64,000 bases of DNA from Macrostomum hystrix (GCA_950097015.1 CATNEN010000003.1:62001-126000), one strand, 5' to 3'. Counted from the first letter of the stretch, positions 1 through 14,235 are shown. The notes: generated by a model not told the origin, from the sequence alone. Translations and numbers: made by a program.

Positions 1-9
1 TACGGCCGT

Positions 10-1620
10 TTGCTGGCCGAGTTTTCCTGCATCTCCGAACCGAGCTTGAACAAAGCCATCCTGCACCATGTCATCGAGCACCACATCCCCGCAAGGGGCC
101 CACTGTTAATTGACCGCGCCAGCCGCGTGCCACCCAACAAGCTGTCAGCAGCCAAGCAGAAATTCCACATGCTGGAACTGCTCGGCATAGTTCGGCGTTC
201 CAGTAGCCCCTGATCTTCTCCGCTCCACATACGCTCGTATTGCCCAAGTCTTCAGGCGAATGGCGGTTGGCGGCTTTGCGGTGATTTCCATCGGCTTAAC
301 TACGCCCAGAACGCGTAGGCTCTGAAAGGCTTTTAGAAAGCAGCAGCCCAGAGCACGACCTGGTCGATCTGAGAGTCCGGTTCTGCGGTTGGCAGACAAT
401 GGCAGACAGTGTTCAGCTCGGCAGCAGCGGCACCTCGCCTACATGTCCGAGTTCACGACCATACATATCCGACACGTCGCCGGCAAGGAAAATCCAGTGG
501 CTGACGCGCTGTCTCGCTGCACCATCGCATGTTGCCCGGAGTTGACTACACAGCCATGGTGCGGGCTCAGCTAGCCGGCCGCGCCCGTTGGTCCCATCAG
601 CTTTTCGATCGATTTTCGAGGCGATACATGGCCTAGTGCACCCGTCCATTCGCACACGCCGTCTAATAGCCGAATGTTTTGTCTAGTCTAGCCTGAACGG
701 CCAGTGGGGTGCGTCTGCATCGCCAGTCAGCAGTGACATGTAGCCACCCCACCCGACAACATCCGGTTCCAGGCGGACGGTTTGAACATGTGCTCGTCAC
801 CTTTCATGTTTCACGCACCTTCTGAACGGTCAACCGCTTTACCCGCTGGCCCGAGGCCATTCCGCTGCCTTACGATCTCGGTGGCCACCTGCGCCTCCCT
901 ATTCATCGCCCATTGGGTAGCCGTTTCGGCCCATGTTAAGACTGCTGGACATGTAGCTCCAACACACGACGTTGTTTCCCCCAATAGTCCACCGGGCTCG
1001 TTGAGCTGCCCCACAGGCTGCTCAATGCATCGTTGATAGCACGTTTACAGGTCCGGCTGTACCTTTAAGCTTCGGTGCGGTTTGTTACGAATTCGAACAG
1101 CAGGAGAAATTTGCTGTTTCGCCAGCCGAGCTGGATTGCGGTGCCCCACTGACGGTGCCCGGCGAATGCCTCCAGGCCAGCCAACCCTCCTGCAGACAAG
1201 ACCAGTTCCTCGCCAAGACCAGCCTGCATGGCGCAGTGCAAACGTTCCGTTCACAACCAAACTCTCAGCACGGCCACCTTCCGCATTCTTGGCCGCTCGC
1301 CCTCGATTCCTGGACACACGTTTTCGTTTGGCGCGGCGCGACAAGTACCTCCCGGTGCTCCATTGGCCATACTACGACCTATTTAAGGTGCTGCAGCGTG
1401 GTGCTATGGTTTTTTTGTGAGGCTTGACCCAACCTGCCCAGTGCCAACACCGGCGCTGCGGCCCCGCGGTTGCCCTCCGCGGAACCAAGCACCGGAGGCC
1501 TCAGCTAGCAGCACCCGCACCTCACTTTTGATCGAGCCAGCCTGGCACCAACTGTGCCCCACCGGTCCACTGCAGACGCAGCCAGCTCGCCGAGAGCAGC
1601 GTAGCCGACAGCCACCGTAA
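10..1620 (+). mobile_element. Degenerate Gypsy/Ty3 LTR retrotransposon pol (RT, RNase H, integrase fragments)
   Basis: Fragments HHIPARGP..LGIVRRSSSP (RT start), RQQRHLAYMSEF..IRHVAGKENPVADALSR (RNase H end), THVFVWRGA..HWPYYDLFKVL (integrase C-terminal region); many frameshifts and deletions. Confidence 0.85.
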
Positions 1621-1637
1621 GTCATCGCTGGGAGAGC

Positions 1638-1899
1638 TGTGGTGGAGAGTACACTCTGCCGCCAGACAGCGTGTTCAAACATCACACCACTGCCTTGGCG
1701 GATGCGTCACCCATGCTCTTTCGATCTCTAGCTCGAAATGTTTTGCGATCGTCGGTGAGGTTCGGGACATAAGGAAGTCACGCTGGCATATATAAGGTTA
1801 TTTTTCTCGGGTACAGAGCACTTACCTTTTTGCGAAGTCGAACCAACTAACCTTGCACTTCCTAGCACAACTCGTCGACGCGCTATAATGCGAACAACA
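1638..1899 (+). repeat. Possible 3' LTR of the Gypsy relic
   Basis: Purine tract GGGAGAG followed by TGTGG at 1638; TATATAA at ~1790; CA at 1899. Right boundary uncertain. Confidence 0.35.
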
Positions 1900-2620
1900 T
1901 ATTTGTCTGTCTTTAAAGTTTTAGATATATACAAAATTCTGATCTATATTTCACTTATAACCGCAGATATTAGAGAAATTTTTTTAAATTTCCTATAAAG
2001 CCCCTATAAATCGTATTTTTAATGAGTTAGTGTCATCTTTAAGTGCTATGAACAATAGGACGACTATGCATTAATTTGTACATGTATGAATTAAATATGA
2101 GCCCTATTTATTCTTTGTCTATAAAAAGGTTTAAAATTTCCAAACACCCTCCCTTGCGACTTAATATGGGTAAATTGTTAGATAGGGAATCTTCACTCGT
2201 TAATATTGCGGCCGAGTGCATAGCTAAGGAAGTCTAAGATGGCGAGGGACATATAATCGTAGATGACAGAGGGGCAACAACTTTTTTCAACCTTAAGAGG
2301 AATGTCTCTTTCTATGAGCACCACAATAATCAACGATTTCAATTGCAAAGGAGCAAAATTTAATATATTTTTGCAACAATGACGTTTGTTTCTCGCATCT
2401 TCATAAATAGCAGCCAGCAAATAGAGGGTCCCAAGATTCTTATGAGAGACTGGTATACACAAAAAATTGCATTAAAAAAGTTTTGCAAAGGAGAGGAAAT
2501 GCTAAAATAGAAACCAACCTGACCAATACACCTCTAGAGGCCAACTATTGAAGTTCGAAAAGCATTTCGAATTTTTTTGGCTCATTTTAATGTTAAAAAA
2601 CTTATAATTTTTTCTGCTAG

Positions 2621-3492
2621 ATTGACAGCCGTGGCGAATCAGTGGACAAAAAAATTGCTCGTCTGGACGCCGAGCTATCTAAGTACCGCGACCAAATGAA
2701 AAAAATGCGCGATGGACCATCAAAGAATCTGGTCAAGCAAAAAGCTCTCCGAGTGCTCAAGCAGAAGAGAACCTACGAGCAGCAGCGAGATCAACTTACT
2801 CAACAGAGCTTCAACTTGGAGCAGACTCACTTTGCTATTCAGACAGTAAAAGACACCAAGACCACAGTGGAAGCCATGAAAGGCGGCGTTAAGGAATTTA
2901 AAAAGAGCTATAAAGGCATTAACCTTGACAAAGTTGAAGACTTGCAGGACGAACTAGAGGATTTCATGGAACAGGCAAACGAGATCAATGAAGTAATGGG
3001 CCGGAGCTATGGTATGCCAGATGTTGATGAATCAGAGCTTGAGGCTGAGCTGGAAGCCCTTGGTGACGACATCGGTGTCGGTGACGATTCCTACCTGGAC
3101 GAAGCTCTCAATGCACCTGGAGTACCGAGCAAGGAACCTGGTGCCGAGAGTGTGGCCACTGTAAGTTTATCATCTGAGCTCCTCTAGTAGGTTTTTGGGT
3201 CAGTTGTCAGAACATGACCTCAACAATAATCTAGGAAACTGTCCTTATAATACTTCTTTGGTCCTCAGTCCTTATACCCTTAATAAGAACGTGGAATGTA
3301 AACAGCTTCAGTTGTCTAAACTAGCAATATTTTTCTATACAAGTTTATGTCATTGCTTGCTTTGTAAGCAGCAAAAGCCTGTATTAAACCCAGAAGAGCA
3401 AATTATCTTATCCAACGCATCACTTTTGTTTCCAGGGTGATGCGCAGCTCGATGAATTTGGGCTGCCTAAGATCCCTGCTAGCGCCAAATGA
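2621..3492 (+). CDS. CHMP5: Charged multivesicular body protein 5 (ESCRT-III Vps60), last two exons: 2621-3160 and 3436-3492
   Basis: [55 protein letters not shown] (Snf7 family); acceptor ctag at 2620, donor gtaagt at 3161, acceptor tccag at 3435; last exon [18 protein letters not shown] matches the CHMP5 DEFGLP tail. First exon not found in the window. Confidence 0.95.
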
Positions 3493-4599
3493 GGCGTGGT
3501 AGGGAAAACTCAGACTGAGAATATTTACAACTGTGTTTCCCAAATGATAATTGTTTATTTTTTCTGAAAAATTATTATTTACTTTTAAAATATTACAAAT
3601 ATCAACTGCATAAAGATGTAAAACTTTATAATTGCTACTATCGCTTTCTTTTTGTCGTTATTATCCAGAATGATTTGAAGCTTTGGATCTTCAGTACGAA
3701 AAAATGTAAAAATGTAAATAAAATGAAGAAAACCTAAAAACTTTTTTATTTGGGTTAAACGTTTAAAACTCCGTTTGCATGGCGCCGTAGTGGTCAAAAC
3801 ATCAAGGTCGTCTTATGATCAGAAATTGTAAGGTAGCACATGTTTAGTGCCGAGAGATTTAAATAATGTTTCTTTCTGCAGCCCAAATACGATCAAGGCC
3901 CTCCTTTAGCTGCACTATTGTACATTTAGGACTCTTCGTGTTTAAATGTCATAAGTATGTGCACTAGTTTATATTTAGAGTGCATCTTTCTATTTTTTTA
4001 AAAGCAAAATTCAGTTAAACAAATTTAATTCACATTGATTTTAATTTTTTCTCTGCTGATATCCCGTTATCTACTTGTGTCAAAATACTAAATCTTAACA
4101 TATATGAAATATTCCTTCTCTTATGCTTGAGGCTCATTTGCACAGACATCAAACGAATTCTAAACACTGTATTTGCACATTGTTTTAATTGCCGTTAATT
4201 AATTTAATCGTCTAATTCGTTTAATTTGATGGCAGTGTCAAAGAGCCTTTAGACTAACAAAAACCGCTATGTAATCCAGTGTGCGTAAAATTATAGTTCC
4301 TATATTATTGCATACTTGGGGATAAATAATATTTACGATTTAAAAACTTACGTTTTGTTAAAATATTGTAATTTGCAAAATAGATTATATATTTCACAAA
4401 GACTACTTAAGCGCTTGATTAAGTAGTCTTTGAGATATCAATACCCCAAAATTCTTAATCACCGCAACATTTTTTATTCACATTTGTCTCGGTCTGCCAG
4501 CGCGAGGTTCAACACACTTTTAATGTTAAACTATTTACTGTGTCATGCAGTTACGCTAGTATACAGTGAAATGTGTATGTGGGTGCGTCAGCTGGTTGA

Positions 4600-7499
4600 T
4601 TCCAGGGCGCTTGAGAGTTGAATGCTCTCTGGAAGAGGAGACGACCAGCGAGCAAGAGTGGGGCGGCGTAGCCGAATGGATCATATGGCTTGGAGATTGC
4701 GCTTAGCAGACTCGCCCGAGATAGATTTAGATCTGGTGAGATGCTTGGTTTAACAAGCTGGAGGGTATTCTTGGTTGTGTCCCAGGCGATTCAAAGATTT
4801 CGAACTATTGGATCATTGATGACGTCTGCCACAGGAAGCTGGTAGAGTGACGCGGGGTCGCTAGCCGCGAACTCTCGAAGGTGGAAACAGGCCGAACGGA
4901 ACAGAGCAGCGAGGCCAGTGACTAAACGCGTGCCGTCTTCTTGATGATCATAGCCCATTACTAGGTTGTCCATATACAGGCCAGCAGGTATTGCTTTAGC
5001 CTCGTTAGGTGTGAGGCCAAATTCGCTGCTCACGGAGGCATCGTGGCACAGTTTTTGCAGTATTGCGAGTAAGATCCACGGTGATGGGCTGGCACCCATT
5101 ACAATGCGAGTGAAACGCCAGAGCTGTAGATTTTCTTTGGTGAGAGGTCTGGTGATGTCCTCTGGGAGTATGATTCTTAGAGCGTCGCGACACTCCGGAT
5201 GAACCAGGATCTGATAGAATGCTGACTGAAGGTCACTCACACATACGACGTACATGTCGGAAAACACGAAGACGTAGCTGCACTTGAAGCAGGGTGGTAA
5301 GTACGTTAGGCCTAGTCTCTAGTAGATCATTCAGACAGGCCACCGTAGGATGTCGGAGAGGAGGCGTCTACAACTGGTCTGATCTTGGTGGTGTTAGATG
5401 ACTCTTTTATCACCGGGAAGTCAGGCAGCACGTGAATGATTCGGCCGGTAGGCTGTTGTCTGTCGACTAGTTCGAGGACACCTTCGACCTTGCGCTTGTC
5501 GAACTCAGCATAGTATTTCGTGCGCTGCTCTAGAGTCAACCGGTTGTGTACCAATTGAGCGCGACCAAAGGCTTGGCCAAAGTTTGATGGAAGATTTTCT
5601 GCTCCTGTTTTCAGGAGCAGAAGGGAGAGCGACTGAAAACCGGCCGTCCTGCTGGCGTGTGGCAGTCGCAAGAAGCTGGGTAGTCAGCTCATCGGCCAGG
5701 AAAATGGGGGGATCAGTGCTTTGCTCTAAACCGAGGACTTCAAGACTGGTCATTCGATCCACGAGCCGTTCGAGATTGTCCGACTGTGCCTGACAAAAAG
5801 GCAGGCAGGTGTACGACTGTTGCTGAGGATAGTGTCCGAAATTAGGTTGGTGGGATCATCGAGAGAGCCCGTTAGAATGGTTCCAAAAGGAGTGAGATGC
5901 GCAGTAAAACTTGGGCGCCGTGGTATAGCACCGACACTTGACGGCGGGTGGTAACATGGCAGGCGGAGCTGACGATGTTGAACTTTGCCAGGACTGGGAG
6001 CCCAAGTTGGCGAGCGATGTCTCCGGATGTAGGTATAGCTGCAGCCCCCATCGATCAAAGCAGTAACGTTTACCGATTCTCCAGTTGATGGGTTCACAGC
6101 GGGAGCTGAGAATGTTGCCAGGACTGTGGGTTTCAGCCCACAGCCCACTTGAAGTAAGTCAAGTGGTTGCTCCTGTGTTTCTGTCCTCTACAATGCGAGA
6201 ACCATGAAGGGAGGTATGGTGCTGGGCTTTGCATTCTCGGCAGCGGTTCTGTGACTGGCAGTCCCGTAGGGCATGCGTGCGTAGGCAGTTGAAGCATAAC
6301 CTCTTGCGCCTTACGATGTTCAGACGGTCGTCCGGATGACTGACTCGCTCGCATTGGAGAGACATATGGCCACTTCTATCACAGTAGGCGCATGTTACCT
6401 CGCTCTTTCGTAAGTTGTAAGAGCTACTGGGTTTCTGGTTGCCAGATAAGTATCGGTCGGTAGAAGGATGCGTTTTCTTTGGCGTAGAACGGTGGCAAGA
6501 GGAAGCATTTATGAGGCTGGCGCCTGCATAGGGAATAGAAGTGGCGTGTTGCTGTGATGAGATTGCAGTTGCACGTAGAGCACGAAGCTTTGTGTCGAGA
6601 TGTTCCTGTAACTCGACCATCGTAGGCATCAGTGTTTTGCCTGTTTTTATCCGAAAGTCCTGGATGTCTGTTTGTATGCACTGGGGTAGCTTTGGCCACA
6701 ACGCAAAGATGTAGGCATCCATCGCAGCAGTCGGTTCACTCAGGCGGGTTAGTTGTCCGAGAGTGAGACGTAGGGTGTCGCTGAATTCTTCCAGTGATTG
6801 TTGATTGGCATCTGACAGATGAGGCATCTCAAGAAGTCGCCTGTAGCAGGCACTCTTCTGCTCATGAAGGTTCCCGTAGTTGAGTTCGAGGATTCGCTGT
6901 GCTTCTTCGTAGGCTCCTGGCCGGCACGCATCCAGGCCACTGAGTTTTCTTTGAGCTACTCCTGTTAGTAGGCCGCGGAGTATCTCGAACTTGTCCACGT
7001 CAGACAAGCCCTTGCTGCTGTCGACACGATATTTGAATGAGTCCCAGAATGTCGGGAAACTGGCCAAGTCCTCACCGTCGAACTTAGTTAGTTGGACGGA
7101 ACGTAGGGCATTGTCATTGAGGTGAGTAAATGGCCGTTGAATTTGCTGTCGGGCGGAAGTGGAGTTGCTCTCTGTATTTGACTGTGAATGAGCTGTCTGC
7201 AGCTGCGAGATTAGCTGCTGATTTTGTTGCTGCATCTGCATCTGTTGCTGCATCATCGACACCATCAGACCTATTAGTTGCTGCATGCTGTCAGGACTTG
7301 CAGCTTGAGATGCGCCGGTGGGCACTGGGGAAGGTGCAGAGGATGTCGAATCTGCTGCTACGCCGCTGGTTGCCATCGCTTGGTTGGAGGATGAGTCGCT
7401 TGCAGCGGTGGCGACTTCTGAGTCCGCCAGAAGTCGCCACAGACTTAAAAAATTAATTACTATAACAGTAGCAACTATATAGCTATAAAGGTGCAACAA
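4600..7499 (-). mobile_element. BEL/Pao LTR retrotransposon relic (gag, protease, RT)
   Basis: Gag 6159-7499 with LTKFDGED..FPTFWDSF..LSDVDKFEILRGLLTG and triple knuckle CAYC..H..C / CFNCLRTH..C / CRECKAQHHTSLH; protease ALIDGGCSYTYI; RT TTKIRPVVDAS, DLQSAFYQI, YMDN; frameshifts; no LTR or integrase seen. Confidence 0.92.
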
Positions 7500-7899
7500 A
7501 TTTCAAAATGATTTTAATGCAACCAAGTAAGTTAATTAATTTTTTTTGGCTGTTAGTTTTGCCAAACTATTTAGCTAATTTGTTAATTCAAACAATTTAG
7601 GCCAAATTAAGAATATTTAGTTATCATATTTTGAGCCAAAAAATGTGCTAGTCTATATAGATTCAAGACACTATTATATAATATATATATATATTAAAAT
7701 AAGACTTTTATAAACAAAACTATATAAAAACAATGGAACTTAATGTTGGGCATACTGTACTAAGATAAACGGATTTGTACTTGCTCCAGATCAAAAGCAA
7801 TCGTTGATTATGTGCTGAAAAATGACTTTTTCCTATCTCCGCAGTGTATTTTTTCCAGGAAATCGGCCTTCTAAAAATTTGCACGATCTTTGAGTTTCC

Positions 7900-10800
7900 C
7901 GTCCTGTTATACTACAGTGGTCCTTGTCCTTGACCTCATTGCGAGGGAGGATGCTGACCTTGTACCTGTGGCTCCGGAGCAAAGTGGCCGGGGCCCCGTC
8001 CGAGAGGACGTTGAGCCCTCCACACTCGTCCAGAGTTTTCAGACAAATGTCAGAGTGAGGCAGAAGGGAGCGCTTCGGGAAGGCTCGCACTTTCTGGATG
8101 GAGACCCCCGCATCTAGAAGACGCCGGGTGGATTTTGCCGCTTCCCCTTTGATAAAAGTGTCAATGGGTGTAGCGTTGAGGAAGGCATTCATGCCTTCGA
8201 AGGAAGTGGAAGGTGGGTCGCCCAGCGTCATACGACAAGCTCTGCCCTGCACCCTATAGAGCGCCTCCAGGTTTTTCTGGATGCCCATGGCACCGGCCCA
8301 GATGAGGCCAGCATACGCAACGGACGGTCTGATGATCGCCGTGTAAATTCACCAAAGGTTTTTGGGGGTTAGCCCCCAAGTGATGCCCACGGTGCGCCTG
8401 ACTTGGGCCAGTATGCCCAGGGCCCTCTTGGCCTTTGTGGTGATGCGCGGGGTACAGTTAAGCCTATGGTCTAGCTGGAGACCAAAGCAGCGGACCTGCT
8501 TTTCCATGGCAATATTCTTGCCATAGAGTCAGAGGCTTAATGGTCCAGAGCAGTCTGCTGGTAAACATAACCGCTACGGTCTTGGACTCAGAGAGTCGGA
8601 GCCCGCATCGGTCCGCCCAGCTCACCGCCCTGTTGATAAAGTCCTGAATGAGGTCCCTGGTGGTTTCCGCCGAGGGGCCCGTGCAGATGGCGGTCACATC
8701 ATCGGCATAACCCACTTTCAGGACCGGGTCAGGACGAGTGCTTTTCAGCAGCTCATCCATGACGAGGTTCCACAGCAGTGGAGTGAGGACGCCGCCTTGG
8801 GGCCCTCCTTTTAGGACAGGTGCCGAGAGCGACCTGCCATCGAGGTGGGCCACCACGTGGCGATGCCGGATCATGTACATGACCCAGCGAACGAGGTGGG
8901 GATGAGTGGCCCTGGAAACTAGGGCCCTCTCAAAGGCTTCGAAAACAACGTTATCGAAGGCCCCCTCGATGTCGAGGAAGACGGCCAGCGCAAAACCACT
9001 GCCCAGCACTGCCTTCTCGAGAGTTTCCACGATGCAGTGGAGGGCGCTCTCCGTGGACCGGCCCGCCCGGAAGGCGTGCTGGTTTGGGGAGAGCGGAGCC
9101 CGCCCTAGCTCTACAGTAAGAAGGCGCCAGAGCACCAGTCTTTCCATGAGCTTGAGGCAGGTGGAAGTCAGGCTTATCGGGCGATAAGACTTGACCGATC
9201 GATAATCGCCTTTGGCGGGCTTCGGGATGAAGACGACCCGGGCTTCATGCCACAGCGCTGGCACATAGCCCAGCACGATGCAGGCCCGTAGAAGTCTGCA
9301 GAGGAGATGGAGGAAGCGGCCATTTTTGACCGCTTCATGCAGAAGGGCCGGATAGATACCGTCTGGCCCAGGAGTTTTATAAGGGTTGAATGACTTAGCC
9401 GCGCGAACGATGCGGTCATTCGTGACGAGTGACTGAGCCAGGCCCTGACCGCCATGCGAGTGGTCGTCTGGGCCAAAGTGCGCCGGTACACTCGGGAAGA
9501 AATGCCCTAGCATGAGCTCGAGCGTTTCCTCCGGGCGCTCCGTGATCGAGCCATCAGGCTTTTTGATCGACGAGAGCTTGGAGAAGCGATCGTTGGTGAG
9601 AGCCTTAACCACGCGGGCCGTGGGCCGCGAGCCCTCAAGCCCTTCGCAGTATTGTCGCCACTTGTCCGCTTTTGCCCTTCTGACCCGGCCCTTAAACTCG
9701 TGGATAGCGCGAGTATAGGCCTCTTTGTCGTCGGGGTCGTGCGAGATTTTCAGCTTCCTCTGGAGAGCCTTAGCTCGACGTCTAAGGACTCCGAGCTCGG
9801 GGTTCCACCAGGGGGCCGATTTTTTGCCTTTTTAGGCTTTTAGTGGGCAAACCATTTCATAGGCCTCAGTGATGGCGCCGCCCAGCAGGGCAGCCACTTC
9901 ATCCAGGTCCTGCGTGGTTGCCATGGCCATGGAGGGGTCGGAGTCCCGAAGGCCCTCATGCAGCTTTTGGCTGAACGTGGGCCAGTCGGTGTTTCTGACA
10001 TTACGCCTCCAAATAGGCTTTTGCTTCTTATCGGGAGTACCGATGTTGAAGCGGATGAAGCGGTGGTCCGAGAGTGATCTTTCGGTCTCCCACACCTCCC
10101 ACCCCAGCACCCTTGGGAGGATGCTGGGTGAGGCCAGGGTGACGTCCAGCACCTCAGCCCACCGCCCATTGTCGAACGTGGGCGTGTTGCCCACATTGCA
10201 GAAGTTAAGAGGCGTGCCGCTAACGAAGGCCAGGAGCTCTTCGCCGCGGTCATTAATTTTAGAGCTACCCCAATGGGTGTGATGTGAGTTCACATCTCCC
10301 GCGAGGAGCAGCTCAAAGTTACGTGCCCTGGCGAAATCGCAAAGGGTGACGAGGGTATCGTTGACAACGGGGGCGTCGCCTGCCAGGTAGGCGGATGCCA
10401 CGAGGGTCAGCTTGTTGGGCACAATGTGTGCAGATTGAATGACGCAGATGTCCCCGTTAGAAAGATTGGGTCTCATCCACGCATTTAAGGCTTTTGCAGC
10501 ATAGATCAGAGATTTTGGGCGGACAGAGTCTTCCATGCAAAAGCAGTCATAGCCAGCAGGAATGTTGCTTGGTTTGTTTTTCGATAGCCAGGGCTCCTGT
10601 GCCAGTACAAGGCCCGGCATCATGCGCTCTGTCGTGCGCATCAGATTGACTGACGCTGCCACGCAGTGCTGGGTGTTAACTTGCAGACATGATATCCCGG
10701 GGATCATCGTGCAGGCAGAGGTCTACTTGGAGGGGGACTCAGCCGGAAGGCGGTCCTCCTCCTCCGGGTCGATGTCGGTAGCCATGGGCTCCTCCGTGCC

Positions 10801-12900
10801 CCGGCCCCGAGCCAGAGGCGGGAACTCGGCGAGGTCAGCCGCCCAGTCCCCACCCCCGGCCCCGAGCCCAGGCCCAGAGTCTCCCTCAACCGGTGTCAAC
10901 ACAGCTCCCTGGGCCGTGGGAGGGGCGCTCGAAGGGCCCTGCTCGTTAGAGCTGGGCACCTTAGAGGCCTCCCACGTAGCCCTTGGTTGCGGCGCCTGCC
11001 CCGGTGGGCCGCCGCGCATCTCAGTGCGCAGCTGGGTCACCTTGGCGGTTCGCACCACCTCGGAGGCCCGCTGGAGGAGGCCCCGGCGCTTGGTGGCGCG
11101 CGCGGAGCGACGCTCAGAGCTGCCGGCAATGGCGCGCTCTGGCCTTTTTTGGCGAGACGACTGGGCCCTGCCCCCGGTTCCAGCCTCGAGGTCCGAGGAC
11201 CCTTCAGTGGCCGAAAGGGTGGTGGGCCCGGTCTGACCCCGGGTTTTGTCGGCCTCGAAGGCGAAGATTTTGGTCTTCCACAGACCGAGGCATATGTTCT
11301 CGGTAACGGCGTGTCCATTGCTCGGACAGGCCCAGAATGGCGGTGAAACCGGTGCCGTCGGGGCACAGGATCGTGCGGTGCACGATTAGGCCCGCTGTCG
11401 GTAGCTCCCGGTTCATCGCGATGAGGCCAATGCGGAGGTCCTCAGCGCTAGTGACGACACTTTTCGCCGGGACGAAAATACGGTGTCGTTTTGTCTGCGG
11501 CGTTTTGTCTCGCGCCGACCGCCAGGGGCTCGCCCTTCAGTTGTAGTTGCCACAGCATAGCATCTATGCTGCGGCAGATTTTGCTGGGCTGTTCACCGCT
11601 CAGCCTTTTGCCTTCCTTGCCGGTATACACAATGGCAGGTTGCCTGCGTGCGATGGTGGCGTAGGTTGCACGTGGTCTCGGGCCCTTTCCTGCCGCGTCC
11701 CCACTCTCAAGATTTGCGTCGGCGGTGGGCACGGGGCCCTCCGCCTCCACTCCTCCTTCAAGCCGAGCCGCCGGCCGGATGGGCGCCGGGACCTCCTTGG
11801 CCCGTGTCCCTGGCCCCGGGGCGTCGTGGGCCCCGCCCTGTGCAGGAGCCTGGGCAGGGGGCGCAGGGCCCCCCACCCCAGCCCCCGCCCTAGGCAGAGC
11901 CCCTTCGGCCCCCTTGGCCTGGGCCCGGTCCTCGGTCGACGAAGCTGGCTTGCCTTGGGCCTTCAGGCGCCTTCGGCGTTTCGCCGCTCCAGAAGTCGCG
12001 GAGCGCTTAGTGCCCCGATCACCGAGCGAGATGGGCAGCGCAGCATTGGTGGCGGTCGCAGGTGCAGGCCCGGGCGCCGCAGCGTTTGTGACCTTGGGCA
12101 CCGTGGTGTCCTCGGCCGGAACAGAGTGTTGGCTGGAAGCCATTGCAGCTGCAAAGAGAAGAGGGGCTTCCTGTAGACACAGGCAGGGATAACCCACAGC
12201 CGCGATCCCAAAGCTGAGCGGGGGCAGCCAAAAAAGACAAGTTACAACCCGGGGTGGGATGCCAGGACCACCGGGAGGAACCGTAGGAGACCAGACTACT
12301 CCCTGGCCAAGCGTCCATCAGCACGGTCAACACTGGGACATTGGAGGGCGCCATTGAGCCAGCCCCGAGGCCTGCGGACTGGCCGCAAACCTTGTTGAGG
12401 TGAAGGGTGACACGAAGGGTGACACCTTTCCCTCAGAGCCGTAGCCAGAGGTACCTGATAGCGCACAGGTTCGCGAAAAGCTGCGGACTGGCCGCATACC
12501 CTGTTGAGGTCAAAGGGTGACACCTAACCCTCCAGCCGGGGCTAGAGGTACCCAGTTTGGACGGAGGCCCTGGATGGGTCATCCAGCGCTGTTGCCCAAT
12601 CTGTCCGGCTGCCCTAGGGTCAGCCTTGAACACTCGCGGGACGTGTACCCATGGGTCAGCTGACGGGACAACGTGGAAAGGATTCCTGCACCCGAAGGCA
12701 CATGTCTCCTTCCTGCCAAGCCTGCTCAAAAACGGCTGCAGGTGTGAGGCATCGCAGACCTTAGCCCTTGGGCCTGGTCTGACTCATACCACACAGGCAT
12801 TGTGTCCCGCCGGTGCGAGCTGACCCCTGCCTCGAGAGCACCCCAGGGCTAAATGCAGCGGCTGCAGGTCTCATCACCAGTGTTCAGGTAGAGCTATTCA
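7900..12900 (-). mobile_element. Non-LTR retrotransposon (LOA/R1-like LINE), 3'-truncated: 5'UTR, ORF1, APE endonuclease, RT
   Basis: APE 9832-10707 (LQVNTQH, AQEPW, GDVNSHH..WGS, LDVTL, SDH); RT 8464-9612 (PGPDGI, YRPISLTS, FLDIEGAFD, PQGGVLTPLLWNLVMD, YADD); Pro/Gly/Ala-rich ORF1 10723-12197; frameshifts; GC-rich and apparently young. Confidence 0.92.
12372..12552. repeat. ~109-bp tandem duplication in the LINE 5'UTR
   Basis: ctgcggactggccgca.acc.tgttgaggt..agggtgacac at 12372 and 12481, each followed by ..agaggtacc. Confidence 0.8.
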
Positions 12901-13872
12901 GGGGTCTATTCACCCAATAAAGGGTGCGTTTGAGGAAAAGGCATTTTAGCCTATTTTAGCGCCGCCGATGTCAGTTTATATAGATAAATAGATAAAAGAT
13001 AATTAGATAAAGATAAGGAAAAAGATCTAGAGTGAGAATAACCAATTCTAATATGATGATTCTATACTTTGTCCCACTCTACCGAGACAGCCATCTGCCA
13101 GGAGTACTAACCGATAGGATCTATCGGCTGACTACTGAGACAGCAGGAGACTCGTCCATATAGGAGGGCGTGGATTGTGCAGATTAGGCCCCGTATATAA
13201 TTATAATTATACCAATTTATATTAATTTTAATTTTTTGCATTATCATTCTGATCGTTTCTGTGCGATCTGTTTTAATTATATTTTTTTAATAATTCGTTT
13301 TATTTTCCAACGTGTCAGAGAGGCCATTGAGGGTCAATCAAGACTCCAGTTAAAGATAAATCGAGATTCAGCATGTATAATCTGAATCTGAATCTGAAAA
13401 TTAGTTTCCGCATAAATAATTAGCTCTCCAAATAAAAATCAACAAGCCTGTCCCACGTTCGTAGCGTCCGGCTATCTAATGTTTTTTACTGTTCGGCGCA
13501 CTTTGTTAGGGAATATTGTTTGTCAAATTCGATTCTGTAACCAGACCTGCATAGTGCACTGCAGGTCTGCAGGTCTGCACTGCAGTGCACTGCAGTAAGC
13601 TTTTTGGGTGACTGATATAGTAGGGTTCCCAGTTTTTTAGGGCTAGGAACATTTCTTTTCTCCATGCGTATTAATGAATTAGTATTATTAATTGGTAAAC
13701 AAGACTGAAAGTTCTAGCAACTTCTTGTTAAGACATCAAATCTTGGGATGAAAACATCCCAGTCAGAGCGTATGCCCATAACACACGTGTGTTTTTCACG
13801 TAAACTGTACTGTGTGCGTATGGTACGCGCTATATAAATGCGTAAAACGCGAATATTCAAAGCGTATATTCA

Positions 13873-14235
13873 CTGGCCTTTTTTGGCGAGACGACTGGGC
13901 CCTGCCCCCGGTTCCAGCCTCGAGGTCCGAGGACCCTTCAGTGGCCGAAAGGGTGGTGGGCCCGGTCTGACCCCGGGTTTTGTCGGCCTCGAAGGCGAAG
14001 ATTTTGGTCTTCCACAGACCGAGGCATATGTTCTGGGTAACGGCGTGTCCATTGCTCGGACAGGCCCAGAATGGCGGTGAAACCGGTGCCGTCGGGGCAC
14101 AGGATCGTGCGGTGCACGATTAGGCCCGCTGTCGGTAGCTCCCAGTTCATCGCGATGAGGCCAATGCGGAGGTCCTCAGCGCTAGTGACGACACTTTTCG
14201 CCGGGACGAAAATACGGTGTCGTTTTGTCTGCGGC
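13873..14235 (-). repeat. 363-bp near-identical copy of LINE ORF1 segment 11139-11501
   Basis: Direct comparison; I saw only two substitutions (ctcggt/ctgggt and cccggt/cccagt). Confidence 0.95.

Noticed and set aside
9840-12823. Numerous antisense and alternative-frame ORFs over the LINE (likewise over the Gypsy elements)
   Set aside because: Expected shadow ORFs in GC-rich coding sequence; no motifs
12560-12980. HDV-like ribozyme at the LINE 5' end
   Set aside because: Known in some LOA/RTE/R2 elements, but I could not build the nested pseudoknot by eye; needs a descriptor search
13545-13596. ctgcag/gtgcac palindromic run
   Set aside because: Short and low-complexity, with no supporting context
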